A stretch of 64,000 nucleotides of DNA from an uncultured Clostridia bacterium (lineage in GTDB: Bacteria > Bacillota > Clostridia > Christensenellales > DTU072). Below, piece after piece: positions 10,901 to 18,724 of this stretch (its first letter is position 1; every line of letters starts with the position of its first letter). Location of the stretch: NCBI GenBank assembly GCA_934274515.1, contig CAKQTC010000001.1:141491-205490 (forward strand), in the 5' to 3' direction. The notes beneath the pieces were generated by a model. That model was given only the letters and a program-made list of their open reading frames with translations. It was not told the DNA's origin and did no database searches. A program made the position numbers and the translations under genes.

Positions 10901-13900
10901 GTAACGGGGCAACGTATCCACTTCGCGGTATAGGTCGTATCGGTTATTCCGAGCGTAAACGTAAACGTTTCTTCCCCCTTCGCTCCGACAAGTTGTTCTC
11001 CGTTATACCACCCGACAAACGTATATCCCGGGTTCGTCGTCGCTTTGACGGACAGTTCTTGCCCGACAATCGTCGCGCCGGTTATTTCCGTCGTACTGCC
11101 GGCATACGCGTCGTTCGTTTCAAAAGTAACGGGGAATTTTCTCCATTTCGCGACGTATTCCACGTCGTTCGCCGTCATCTTAAACGTATATGTAAACCTT
11201 AAATCTTCGCTTACCTTATTGTTGCCGAGGAACCAACCGATGAACGTATATCCGTCGTTCGTCTTCGCCTCGATTGTCGTTTCTCTTCCGACGACGGTCG
11301 CTTCCTCGACGCCGCTTATCGTACCCGCGTTTGCGTCGTTTACCGATATAACGGTCTTGCACCGCTGCCATCTCGCTTCGAGCGTAACGTCGGTTTCTCC
11401 GAGCGTAAGCGAATACGCCGTTTCCCCTTCTTTGCTCACCTTTTCGTCGCCGCAGTACCACCCGAGAAACGTATATCCGTCGTGCGTGTACGCGTTTGTT
11501 CTCACCGTTTGTCCGACGTGGTACCTGTCGTTAAGTTGATCCGTAGTTCCGCCGTTATCGTCGTTCGTCACAACCAAAACTTTGCTCCATTTCGCCGTGA
11601 AAGTACGATTTTCTTCCCCCATAACGAACGTGTATTCGAGCGAAACCCCTTCGCTTACTTTGTTTTGCTCTTCGTCAAACCAACCTTGCCAAACGTAGCC
11701 CGAATTCGTCGTCGCTTTTATCGTAACCGTCTGTCCGTAAACATAGGTATCCGTTAATTCGGTGACCGTTCCCGCTTTCTCGTTCGCGCTTACTGCGACG
11801 GTTTTTGACCATTTTGCCTCGTAAATACGATTTTCACTCGGCATCGAGAACGTGAGTTTTTTGTCGCCGGTCACTTTTTTCCCGTCGTTAAACCAACCGA
11901 GAAACGTATATCCGCTGTTCGTCACGGCGGTTACTTCACACTCGTCGCCCGGCAAATATTTACCGTTGAGCGCGCTCGTGCTTCCCGCGTTTTCGTCGTT
12001 AATCGCTATGCTTACTTTTATCCATCTCGCCTCGTACGTCATACTCTGCGCTTCGGTTTTGAATTCCAGAAACGTTTTGTCCGTAACAATCTCGTCCCCC
12101 GAGTACCATCCGATAAACGTATACCCGTCGGCGGTTTCCGCCACCACGGACACGGTATCCCCCTCTCGATATTTACCGTCGAGTTCGGGTACTTTTCCCG
12201 CGTTTTCCGAGTTGGACGCGAGCGTAACTTTACTCCATTTTGCGACAAGCGTTCTGCTCTCGTTCGTCATGGTCACGTTGTAAAGTTCTTCCTTCTCTAT
12301 CTTTTTGTCGTTTTCGTACCAACCGAGCCAAGTGTATCCGACGTTCGTTTCCGCGTAAGCATTGTCTTTTTCGTTGGGTATATACGACTTATCCGACTTT
12401 GAAAAATGAACTTTTCCCGCTTTATCCGTAGCCGCGTCTATTTCTTCTTGCGTCCCCGTCGCGCCGTCAAGTTCTTTGACTAGTTTTACCCTGCTCCATT
12501 TCGCTATAAGCGTGCGATTTTCTTTCGTCATAGCGAATTCGTACGTTTCGAGCGTTCCTTCGCTTACTTTCGTTTCCCCTTCGTACCAACCGAGCCAAGT
12601 GTACCCTGCGGTCGTAAAGACTTTCGCGACAGCCGTTTCATTGACGACAAACGATTTCGCTCCGCTAGACTTGCTTGTTAACGTCGCTTCGCCTGCCGCT
12701 TTCCCTTGCTCTTCCTGTTCGTTTTCGTTGCCAGTCGCCCCGACAAGCACTTGTTTTATACTTACTTTGCTCCATTTTGCAACGTACGTTACGTTTTTTT
12801 CGGGCATAGTAAAAGTATAATCTTTTCGCGTGCCGACGTTTACCTTGTTGTCGCTTATCGATTCATTTCCGTTTACGTCGATAGTAATCGTCCTTTCAAA
12901 CCAACCGATGAAAGTGTATCCTTCGTTTGTATCCGCGGTTATCGTCATTCTGTCCCCGGGAAGATACGTTTCCGGCAAATCGATTATCGTACCCGCGTTT
13001 TCGTCGTTTCTTAAAAGCGTCACGGTAAAAAGTTTCCATTTAGCCGTATACGTTACGTCTTGATCGGTCAACTTTATCGTCAGGTCGGTTTCCGCGCCGT
13101 CGCTTAATCTCTCGTTATCTCTGTACCAACCTACCCATTGATAGTTTTCGTTTGTCGTAGCGGTAATCTTCGTTTCGTCGCCGACAACGTAATCTTTGTC
13201 CAAACCGCCGACGTCGCCTGCCGCGTCAATGTTCTTCGCAAGCGTAACCTTCGCCCATTTTGCAGTATAAACCGCGTCGTGGTCGGGTACGGTAACGGTA
13301 ATTTCATTCGAATTCCCTTCGTTTACTTTAACCCCTTCTTCGTTGTACCATCCGAGCCAAACGAACCCTTTGTTCGATTTCGCGCTCAGTTTTATTTCGT
13401 TGCCGGGGACAAGCGTTTCTTCTCCGACAATCGTTTCCGCCGTGCCTGCGTCGGGTTTGTTCGTCTTTGCTGTGACTTTCGCCCATTTCGCTACATATTC
13501 CGCGTCGCTCGCGCCCACGGTCAATTCGTATTCTTTGTTGTTGTTTACTAGTTCGTCGTTTAAGTCGAACCATCCGAGCCAGGTATAGCCTTTATTGGTA
13601 ACGGCAATAAGTTTCACGGCGGAACCGTACGGGTATAAGCCGCCGCCCGTCACCGATCCTGCCGCATTGTCGCCGGCGGTCGCTTCTATTTCGTAGTCGC
13701 AAAGCGTCCACTCTGCGTAAACGGTCATCATTCCCGCATGCGAATAATTTCCCATGCTCCTGCCGTTTCTGTCGGTAATCTGTTTTTTCACGCCGTCGAT
13801 TATCGCGTACCAGTATTCGAACTCGCTACCCGTCTTGGTCGGCACTTCAAGCGCAAACTCTTCGCCGAAACGTACGCTTGCGAACGGGCGAACGACGACG

Positions 13901-15054
13901 CCGCCGTCGGTAACGTAGTTTATCGTATAAGTTTTAGGTTCGGTGTCGGCATAAAAATCCGCGGCGTAACCGATAATTTGACCGCTTTCGTTTTTAATCT
14001 CTTTGACCGCTTCGATGACGTCGCCGTCTTTGCCGAATACGAACCGCGAGCCGTTTTCGTCGCGCCATGCCGTTATCTCTTTCCCCGATATTTCTATATC
14101 GACGGTAAAATCGTCGGCAAAAGCGGAATACGTGGTATGCTCTTTTTCGCAAATAAGCGTTTCTCCGTCGTAAAAACGCACTTTGACGAGTTGACGCTTA
14201 TGTACGAGAAGTTCATATTCGTACGCTTTTTCTCCGTTAACGTAAGTAACGACGTAGAAGACGTTATTCCCGCTTTTAAGCGCGGCGGAAGAACCGCCAA
14301 CAGTTTTGTCGGGTATTTCCTCGGTTCCTTTTTTGTCGGCAAAAAGTTTCCACGTCGTGTTTTCCCCGTTTAAGCGAACGGTATCGAAAACAATCTTCGT
14401 TTCGTCGGTAACGATTTGTATCACGCCGTTATTTATCGTACCGCCGTTAAAATACTTAACGCCCCCTTTATCGGGTTTCCACTTCGCGTAAAGCGTCGCG
14501 TCGCCTTCGACCGTATACGGAAATTTTATTATTTGCTCGCTTAATGCATCGGTACTCCAACCTGCGAATATATATCCTTTTTTGACGGGAATTTCGGTCG
14601 GTGCGTTTATCTCTCCCCAAATAACGGAGTTCACCGACGGAACGGCAGAACCGCCGAGCGCGTCGAACTCAATCGTGCGCGCGTTAAATTTGACCAACGC
14701 TTCGTCCGTAAGTCTTACTAATGCCCCTCCATCGTTGCCCAAAAGAATTCTATCATCGGAAAAAGTTCCGTTTTGGCTGTCGTTGTTTATCGTGAAAGTA
14801 ACCGTGCCGTCTTTTGCTGAATACGTTCCTTCCTGTTTTTGTCCGTCTTCGGATACGATTGCGAATACGGAGGAACCTAAAATCTCGATATATGCATTGT
14901 CGTGAGCGAATTCCTTACCGTTTTCGTCTGTTTCCACAAAGTAGTACTTGCCGCTTTTCAACCCGTCGAGTCCAAGCCCGTCGCAGGCAAAAAGACAAGC
15001 AAGCAACGTTACCGTCGCTATCGCAAAACACGCTATCTTAAAAAACTTTTTCAT
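4957..15054 (-). CDS. Giant surface lipoprotein (3365 aa): about 36 tandem divergent InlB B-type repeats, a Cys3His mini-repeat module and a DUF6273-like C-terminal domain
   Basis: Single uninterrupted 10,098-nt ORF. Signal peptide with lipobox (TLLACLFAC). About 36 modules of roughly 75-80 aa each contain G[YF]x[FW]xGW[YF] and end in YxAKW. The C-terminus reads YFGSYPQ...EWWTRSP...TGVVPTVKI. SD acggag is upstream. Confidence 0.85.
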   Translation of the reverse strand: MKKFFKIACFAIATVTLLACLFACDGLGLDGLKSGKYYFVETDENGKEFAHDNAYIEILGSSVFAIVSEDGQKQEGTYSAKDGTVTFTINNDSQNGTFSDDRILLGNDGGALVRLTDEALVKFNARTIEFDALGGSAVPSVNSVIWGEINAPTEIPVKKGYIFAGWSTDALSEQIIKFPYTVEGDATLYAKWKPDKGGVKYFNGGTINNGVIQIVTDETKIVFDTVRLNGENTTWKLFADKKGTEEIPDKTVGGSSAALKSGNNVFYVVTYVNGEKAYEYELLVHKRQLVKVRFYDGETLICEKEHTTYSAFADDFTVDIEISGKEITAWRDENGSRFVFGKDGDVIEAVKEIKNESGQIIGYAADFYADTEPKTYTINYVTDGGVVVRPFASVRFGEEFALEVPTKTGSEFEYWYAIIDGVKKQITDRNGRSMGNYSHAGMMTVYAEWTLCDYEIEATAGDNAAGSVTGGGLYPYGSAVKLIAVTNKGYTWLGWFDLNDELVNNNKEYELTVGASDAEYVAKWAKVTAKTNKPDAGTAETIVGEETLVPGNEIKLSAKSNKGFVWLGWYNEEGVKVNEGNSNEITVTVPDHDAVYTAKWAKVTLAKNIDAAGDVGGLDKDYVVGDETKITATTNENYQWVGWYRDNERLSDGAETDLTIKLTDQDVTYTAKWKLFTVTLLRNDENAGTIIDLPETYLPGDRMTITADTNEGYTFIGWFERTITIDVNGNESISDNKVNVGTRKDYTFTMPEKNVTYVAKWSKVSIKQVLVGATGNENEQEEQGKAAGEATLTSKSSGAKSFVVNETAVAKVFTTAGYTWLGWYEGETKVSEGTLETYEFAMTKENRTLIAKWSRVKLVKELDGATGTQEEIDAATDKAGKVHFSKSDKSYIPNEKDNAYAETNVGYTWLGWYENDKKIEKEELYNVTMTNESRTLVAKWSKVTLASNSENAGKVPELDGKYREGDTVSVVAETADGYTFIGWYSGDEIVTDKTFLEFKTEAQSMTYEARWIKVSIAINDENAGSTSALNGKYLPGDECEVTAVTNSGYTFLGWFNDGKKVTGDKKLTFSMPSENRIYEAKWSKTVAVSANEKAGTVTELTDTYVYGQTVTIKATTNSGYVWQGWFDEEQNKVSEGVSLEYTFVMGEENRTFTAKWSKVLVVTNDDNGGTTDQLNDRYHVGQTVRTNAYTHDGYTFLGWYCGDEKVSKEGETAYSLTLGETDVTLEARWQRCKTVISVNDANAGTISGVEEATVVGRETTIEAKTNDGYTFIGWFLGNNKVSEDLRFTYTFKMTANDVEYVAKWRKFPVTFETNDAYAGSTTEITGATIVGQELSVKATTNPGYTFVGWYNGEQLVGAKGEETFTFTLGITDTTYTAKWIRCPVTLEKNIVGAGGVSGTEGATKINSDVTIIANSNPGYVWLGWYENDVKLGIENSFEFDYTFTMTEENRTLTAKWAKIEVVSTNEAAGSVSVEEKAFTPGDDIVVNAQTNDGYTFIGWYIGETNVESATRYVFTAENKEHLDEIKAKWIKVTLNSMLTGDNDTALDATLAGEIGGLDKPFITGEIATITAVTNDGYTFVGWYDNKGKVSADGKSEYSFAMPNKDAEYTAKWIEGTINAEIELDCETAKNKIALAGNVSGAEKSNVVGEKIVLSAETNVGYAFLGWYEKTVEEKEGSEAVINYTKISNDFELFCKIIVTETKRTFVAKFAFIRAESKLFSHTGDKSGTVSGVDATYFPDDEETVVASNAGGFTFLGWYTEPLRDNETSTRVCQELTYTFTVPDKSMAIYARWTERTVDFQAKIDGKIAANFAQYLNVPTGITVAGKNVTISAAPVDGYVWLGWYEDNTLLTKDRNYTFPMPDGENQKTYSARWATKTLSVAVIENGQDKTASPSMGRVTGLENAVSGQDVTLYAETYDNATFTGWYDVNNKLLESGYSYTVRVPEAALTIKAKWIDCPITIGSYNPDAGTTGSLSAYKIGDTVVLSAKTNEGYTFLGWYEGETKVSEGTSMSYSFTLTETKRTIIPRWIICPVTVSVDEKYIEGGNAIGIEDIATTYGEQVTVYASTNDGYTFFGWFLKGADDAPITKELEYTFTLSYTDKYELIAKWKPCTISVKAIPAGAVSVTQQTIVGGKATITAAVNSAYTWVGWLDESGMLVGDRAYSVEVDVPGENTASYTAKWITCPITLSTEGGGGTVMISENTVATKQATITAVSKSGYKFVGWFDKDENLLGARAFSLNVTVPESDSTTYTAKWTKCNVSASAVVFDDGVYSESSCGRVEINGGTVDVDTVTMTAATTENGFVFLKWVNERGEDVSSDYSITVKDEQGKTYRAVWINNPIGITRNVVDAGSTSVVGTIEIGKEITLRAALNEGYVWLGWYKGTEIITEQTDCNVTVTEENVIYTATWCVAMPITVKKNISAAGTVTDTLEQVTKVGDKATIAAETNDGYAFIGWFNATGTMITSEPTYELTVTKDPSTYEARWLARPVIAESSEQAAGVVRVSDITRVGQQATLTAETNDGYTFVGWFKGETLVNAAEECEIIVEETPVVYTAKWIKFPVTINRNDENAGSVVGVPLKTRLNQVVTVTAETNDGYTFVGWFNKNEQVSKKGEYDYTFKITENAETYEARWVNRKFDVTTNDETAGRAILPRGGTVVGGKVTLEAETNDGYVFDGWYLNEKKIAHTVAYEVEVTLDYKVYTAKWVPKTTIALEKNIEQAGEVRASDLKENSINLYATINDGYTFIGWYNGETLISGAPECKYDIPETTTTSGENEPLTLTAKWIVCPVSVIKNVDEAGETNSIVGGTVLGQKITLAATTRKGYAFVGWYANDVLDPNELGKAVREFTITEETVVYEARWMVCPVTVVKSSDEAGDVSGVDGINIGDEITLAATTRKGYTFVGWYNGDKLLAGGGSTMTYVVTRGKKEFIAVWSRTVIVTDNAEGGTVRGMDGTYVVGEETTIVAERKIGYLFDGWFVNGIKQSDQADYVITLTRDDVVYIARFSLCNDHKPDENCICTKCGAECHNMDIYCTCIVCGKTEHDIEDCVCKKCGTTVHEVDENCVCRVCGREVHGSNALGYCMHDDGNDKQKVYFGSYPQTEVKGTELIARLNAKITDVPTASNSGSWTSYKVKSWTTNEQDYMWYNDVVYGNDRYRGVYFTSYRPTSSTKSVSQQQNNGYVTKKIYWFKYELIEWQVLSSNGTLASILSKYVLDSQEYSVNNNNSYMNSSIRAWLNDAFYNRAFGSVQKKNIKVSTVDNSKESAMNEYANVCENTRDNVYLLSRKELNMYAVGSKQYTDYAKIMGIKINYEANAADRLKCEWWTRSPFGGGYDNAAIVKISGLSNSPADVTQSCTGVVPTVKIRLK
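5818..6039 (-). repeat. Coding mini-repeat: four tandem C-x-C-x2-C-G-x3-H units (15-16 aa each)
   Basis: Peptide DENCICTKCGAECHNM / DIYCTCIVCGKTEHDI / EDCVCKKCGTTVHEV / DENCVCRVCGREVHGS lies between the repeat array and the C-terminal domain of the 3365-aa protein. Confidence 0.8.
6046..14682 (-). repeat. Coding tandem array of about 36 divergent InlB B-repeat (Flg_new / Flg_new_2-like) modules
   Basis: By my count there are 36 GW-containing modules (GYTFIGWY, GYVWLGWY, GYTFVGWF and so on). Modules are diverged at the amino-acid level. Only short DNA motifs of about 25 nt, such as gtaccaaccgagccaaacgta, recur nearly identically. Confidence 0.8.
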
Positions 15055-15157
15055 ATCCGACTCCGTTCGACTATCATTCGATTATCGTTTTCTATCCGCC
15101 GCTTTACGCGTATACGCACGCGCCGAATGCGCACGCATTTATAAATATACAAAATAA

Positions 15158-15185
15158 TTATATACTGTATTTTATCTATTTGTCA
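15158..15185 (-). promoter_or_regulatory. Putative sigma-A promoter of the giant lipoprotein gene
   Basis: Minus strand reads TTGACA (15185-15180), a 16-nt spacer, then TATATA (15163-15158). This leaves a 5' UTR of roughly 95 nt. Confidence 0.5.
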
Positions 15186-15221
15186 ATACGCAAAAACAGC
15201 GAAAAAGGAAACCGATTCTAT

Positions 15222-15249
15222 ATTGACTTTTCGCCTTAGGATAGTATAA
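15222..15249 (+). promoter_or_regulatory. Putative sigma-A promoter of manA
   Basis: TTGACT (15222-15227), a 16-nt spacer, then TATAAT (15244-15249). Confidence 0.55.
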
Positions 15250-15286
15250 TTAAGGAAAATAGGTTTGTAAGGGAGCAAATGCCATT

Positions 15287-16324
15287 ATGGATATGAAAAA
15301 AATTATCGAAAATCCGATTTTCTTTGAAGAAAACCGCGTGTACAGAGTTTATCTCGGCGGAAAAGGGTTCGACGGGTTTTTACCGAACGCCGTAGACGGA
15401 TTTTTCCCCGAAGAATGGGTTGCAAGCAAAGTAAAAGCAATTAATCCGAAATATTTCGGTAAACGCGACGGCGTGGCGGTCGTTAAAGGCACCGACGTCT
15501 TTTTCGACGACTTGTTGCGCGAATATCCCGACGAACTTCTCGGCGGAAAAAAATACGACTGCTTGGTTAAATTCCTTGACAGCGCGATACGACTGCCCGT
15601 ACAGGTTCACCCGACCAAAGAATTTTCTCACAAGCATTTTAACAGCGAATACGGAAAAACCGAGGCGTGGCTCGTTGTTGCGACGAGAGAAAATCCTTCG
15701 CTTTACTTCGGTTTTAACAAAAAAATTACGCGCGACGACTTAGCAAAACTCGAAGACGCAAGCGAAAACGAACATGACGCGATGACTACCGTTTTGCAAC
15801 GCGTTACCCCGAAAATCGGCGACGTGTACCTTATCACGGCAGGTCTTATCCACGCCATCGGCGCAGGCTGCACTATTGTGGAAATTCAGGAGCCGACCGA
15901 CTTTACCATTCAACCCGAAGCCTGGTGCGGCGACTACCATATCTCGGAAAACGAACGCTACATCGGGCTGGAACGAATGACCGCTCTTGACTGTTTCAAC
16001 TACGACTTATACGGCGAAAAGGCTCTTAAAATAGCGAAAAAAGAACCCCAAACTGTCAAATGCGACAACGGAGTCAAAATCGAAAATCTCATTACGTATC
16101 GAGATACGCCTTGTTTTGCTCTCGAACGCTACACGCTGACCGGCGGTAAAATCGAACTGGAACACGCGCCTGCGGTGTACATCGTAATTGACGGCGAAGC
16201 GACTCTCGAAAACGGAATGACGGTCAAACGCGGCGATTCTTTTTTCCTGCCGTTCATAGCAAAAGGCATCACGCTAAAATCCGAAAACGCCACCATTCTC
16301 GCGTGTCTATCAAGTCAACAATAA
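15287..16324 (+). CDS. manA: Mannose-6-phosphate isomerase, class I (Firmicutes type)
   Basis: 345 aa. The metal-site motifs VQVHPTKEF and GKTEAWLV, and AGLIHAIGAG, match the Bacillus-type PMI. Confidence 0.8.
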   Translation: MDMKKIIENPIFFEENRVYRVYLGGKGFDGFLPNAVDGFFPEEWVASKVKAINPKYFGKRDGVAVVKGTDVFFDDLLREYPDELLGGKKYDCLVKFLDSAIRLPVQVHPTKEFSHKHFNSEYGKTEAWLVVATRENPSLYFGFNKKITRDDLAKLEDASENEHDAMTTVLQRVTPKIGDVYLITAGLIHAIGAGCTIVEIQEPTDFTIQPEAWCGDYHISENERYIGLERMTALDCFNYDLYGEKALKIAKKEPQTVKCDNGVKIENLITYRDTPCFALERYTLTGGKIELEHAPAVYIVIDGEATLENGMTVKRGDSFFLPFIAKGITLKSENATILACLSSQQ

Positions 16325-16408
16325 TTATCGATTACGCGCCATATTTTTGACTCAGAGCAAGCGCTTAAAGATTATAATTCGTTATATATCTGCGCTTTAT
16401 ATCATAAG

Positions 16409-16440
16409 AAAAAACGTCGCTATAAGAAGCGACGTTTTTC
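16409..16440. terminator. Bidirectional terminator between manA and a convergent membrane-protein gene
   Basis: aaaaa-acgtcgc-tataagaa-gcgacgt-ttttt. Confidence 0.7.
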
Positions 16441-16456
16441 TGTTTTTTCAATCGTT

Positions 16457-16804
16457 TTATATGACCCAGACGAAGTAATAAATACCGAGCGAAACGTCGA
16501 TAAACAACGACAGGGCGAGCGAAACGCTGCTTATTACGTGCAACACGTATTTGCTACTCGTCACTCCCAGCGCGGAACAAACCACCGACCCTTGCACGGT
16601 GATTATCGCCGCTATCATCATTATCGTTTTTACCCAACTCGACGTCACCGTTCCGTTGTTTGACCCGTGCGCAACTCCGATAAATATAATCGACAGTCCG
16701 AAAAATACCATTGCCAAACTAAAACTTACTATCTTCGGAGCCGTCTTCGGATGTTTCTTTTCTCTTTCGGCTGCTTGAGCCAAAAATCTTTGTTTTGCCG
16801 TCAT
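16457..16804 (-). CDS. Small integral membrane protein, unknown function
   Basis: 115 aa with a basic N-terminus followed by about 3 hydrophobic helices. No motif recognised. Confidence 0.55.
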   Translation of the reverse strand: MTAKQRFLAQAAEREKKHPKTAPKIVSFSLAMVFFGLSIIFIGVAHGSNNGTVTSSWVKTIMMIAAIITVQGSVVCSALGVTSSKYVLHVISSVSLALSLFIDVSLGIYYFVWVI

Positions 16805-16847
16805 AACTTAATTTTACTACGGTTTATCCGTTGTGTCAACGTTACTT

Positions 16848-17636
16848 CTAAATAAATTTGCGAAGTTCGTTTACGGTATCGAACACGAAATCGGGCTTTA
16901 TCGTGCTTTCTTTAAGCATACTTTCGGTAGTTTCGCCGCTCATAACAAGCACCGACGCCATACCGTTGTCCACGCCGAAACGTATGTCGGTGTACAGCCT
17001 ATCCCCCACGAACGCGACTTCTTCGGGCGTTACTTTGCAAAAATCGAAAACGTATTCCGCCATCGGAGCATAGGGCTTTCCTATGATTATTTCTGGGCGT
17101 TTGCCCGTGGTCGCTTCCACCAACGCCATCATCGCGCCCGCGTCGGGCATATTCCCGTTGTCCGACGGGCATACGAAATCCGGGTGCGTGGCAATGTACG
17201 TTTTGCCTTCCGCAACGAGATTTGTCGCGTGCCATAGTTTTTTATAAGTAAGTTCTGTATCGAACGCAAGGAGCATTATATCCGCGTCTTCGTCTTCGTT
17301 CACCGCGTTTACTCCGCTTTCTTTCAATTCTTTAACGAGCGTTTCCGTGCCGAGGACATACACGCGTTTACCGTTATAATGTTTGTTTATGTACGCCGCC
17401 GCAGCCATTCCGCTCGTTATTACCTGCTTTATATCCGCGTCGTATCCCATTCTGCGTACTTTTTTAAGGTAATCGTATTTGCTTTTGGAACTGTTATTCG
17501 TTACGAAACAGACGGTTTTCCCTGCGTCGGTAAGAATTCTAAGCGTTTCCATCGCGCCGTCAAGCGGTCTTTCGCCCATATTGAGCGTGCCGTCCATATC
17601 AAACAGATATACAGAAATGTCTTTGAGATTTTTCAT
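16848..17636 (-). CDS. HAD-superfamily subfamily IIA phosphatase (NagD/AraL-like)
   Basis: 262 aa. Contains the DMDGT nucleophile motif (YLFDMDGTL), VTNNSS, and the C-terminal GDRLYTDI motif. Confidence 0.85.
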   Translation of the reverse strand: MKNLKDISVYLFDMDGTLNMGERPLDGAMETLRILTDAGKTVCFVTNNSSKSKYDYLKKVRRMGYDADIKQVITSGMAAAAYINKHYNGKRVYVLGTETLVKELKESGVNAVNEDEDADIMLLAFDTELTYKKLWHATNLVAEGKTYIATHPDFVCPSDNGNMPDAGAMMALVEATTGKRPEIIIGKPYAPMAEYVFDFCKVTPEEVAFVGDRLYTDIRFGVDNGMASVLVMSGETTESMLKESTIKPDFVFDTVNELRKFI

Positions 17637-18603
17637 TTTTTAGTGCGTCCGTAATTCCTTCGTTGTTTATTATCGCAAAAACCGGACTGTCCGCGTCCGC
17701 CGCGCGGCTAAGCGCGTCCAACAGCCTTTCCGTTTCGGGTTCGTTCATCTCGACGAGAAAAGATATTTTGCGATAATACCCTTTAAGTTCTTCGTCGGTA
17801 GGCAAAACGCTTTCGTCAAACGCTTTGCTTTCGATGCTTTTAACGCCCGTAACGGGTCTTTCCGACGGTAAAAGAATACCACGAAACCCGTGTTTTGTAA
17901 AGTTTTTAAGCATTAAAATAAGAAAATACGCCGTTATAAACCCGTCTCCTAAACAACGCCCGTATTCTGCGGATACTTTGTCCGTAATAAGCGAACGCGT
18001 TTTTTCTCCGTATAAATAGTTTACCGCGCCCGTCACGAACCGTATCCCGTCCCCGATAAACTCTTCTTTCGCCGTCTTGCCTCGCAAAATACGCTCCGCG
18101 CTTTTTTTGTACAGTTCCGCAACGCTGTCCACGTACGGATACGCGCCGTAATAATAAAGTTTTATCACGCACTCCGCATATAAAATAAACACGTTTTCGT
18201 AAATCCTTTCGCAAAAACAACGTTTTTCGCTCCGCGTTGTTTTGCTTAAAAATACAAACTCCGGCAACGAGAAAATCCCGTCGAACGAGTATAAAAAGCG
18301 ATAATCGAATACCGCGGGAATAAAAGCAAATTTTCGTCCGTTCGCCGCGCGTTTCACCGCGGGTATCACCTCGCTTCCGCCCACGCCTATCAAGAAACGC
18401 GCCCCGTCGGGCAATTCCGACGGAACGCCGCTCGGTTGATACAACAACGCATTGTAATCCGCGCCCAATGCCCGAACGAGTTCGTCCCCGTCGTTTTTCT
18501 CACTCGCTATCACCGCAATCTTCCCGGCAGGATAATAATTCCTAAATATCTCGACAAAATCTCCGTATCCGTCACCGCTAAAAAACTTCGTCCCCGTACG
18601 CAT
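17599..18603 (-). CDS. Hypothetical protein, distantly DHQS/Fe-ADH/glycerol-1-phosphate-dehydrogenase-like
   Basis: The ORF track gives 482 aa, but its first 148 codons overlap the opposite-strand transporter gene and look non-protein-like. ATG at 18603 has an AGGAG SD (aaaaggagagtaaaaATG). It carries the glycine-rich turn LIGVGGSEVIPAVKRA. The 3' end overlaps the HAD gene by 38 nt. Confidence 0.5.
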   Translation of the reverse strand: MRTGTKFFSGDGYGDFVEIFRNYYPAGKIAVIASEKNDGDELVRALGADYNALLYQPSGVPSELPDGARFLIGVGGSEVIPAVKRAANGRKFAFIPAVFDYRFLYSFDGIFSLPEFVFLSKTTRSEKRCFCERIYENVFILYAECVIKLYYYGAYPYVDSVAELYKKSAERILRGKTAKEEFIGDGIRFVTGAVNYLYGEKTRSLITDKVSAEYGRCLGDGFITAYFLILMLKNFTKHGFRGILLPSERPVTGVKSIESKAFDESVLPTDEELKGYYRKISFLVEMNEPETERLLDALSRAADADSPVFAIINNEGITDALKNEKSQRHFCISV

Positions 18604-18724
18604 TTTTACTCTCCTTTTGTACAAATTATAACCGTTTTCTATGGCGATTAATACGCGTTTCAGGGCGAAAAAAGTCGATTTTTCACGATGTAATATTTTC
18701 CGCTTAAACATATATACTAAAACT

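Noticed and set aside
4876-14905. Many long plus-strand ORFs antisense to the giant gene, for example 4876-5694 (272 aa), 5839-6864 (341 aa), 10082-10735 and 10492-11202.
   Set aside because: They lie entirely inside one uninterrupted 3365-aa minus-strand ORF that has clear domain periodicity. Their peptides are low-complexity (S/P/V/F- or R-rich) mirror images of the repeats, and they lack SDs. They are shadow ORFs.
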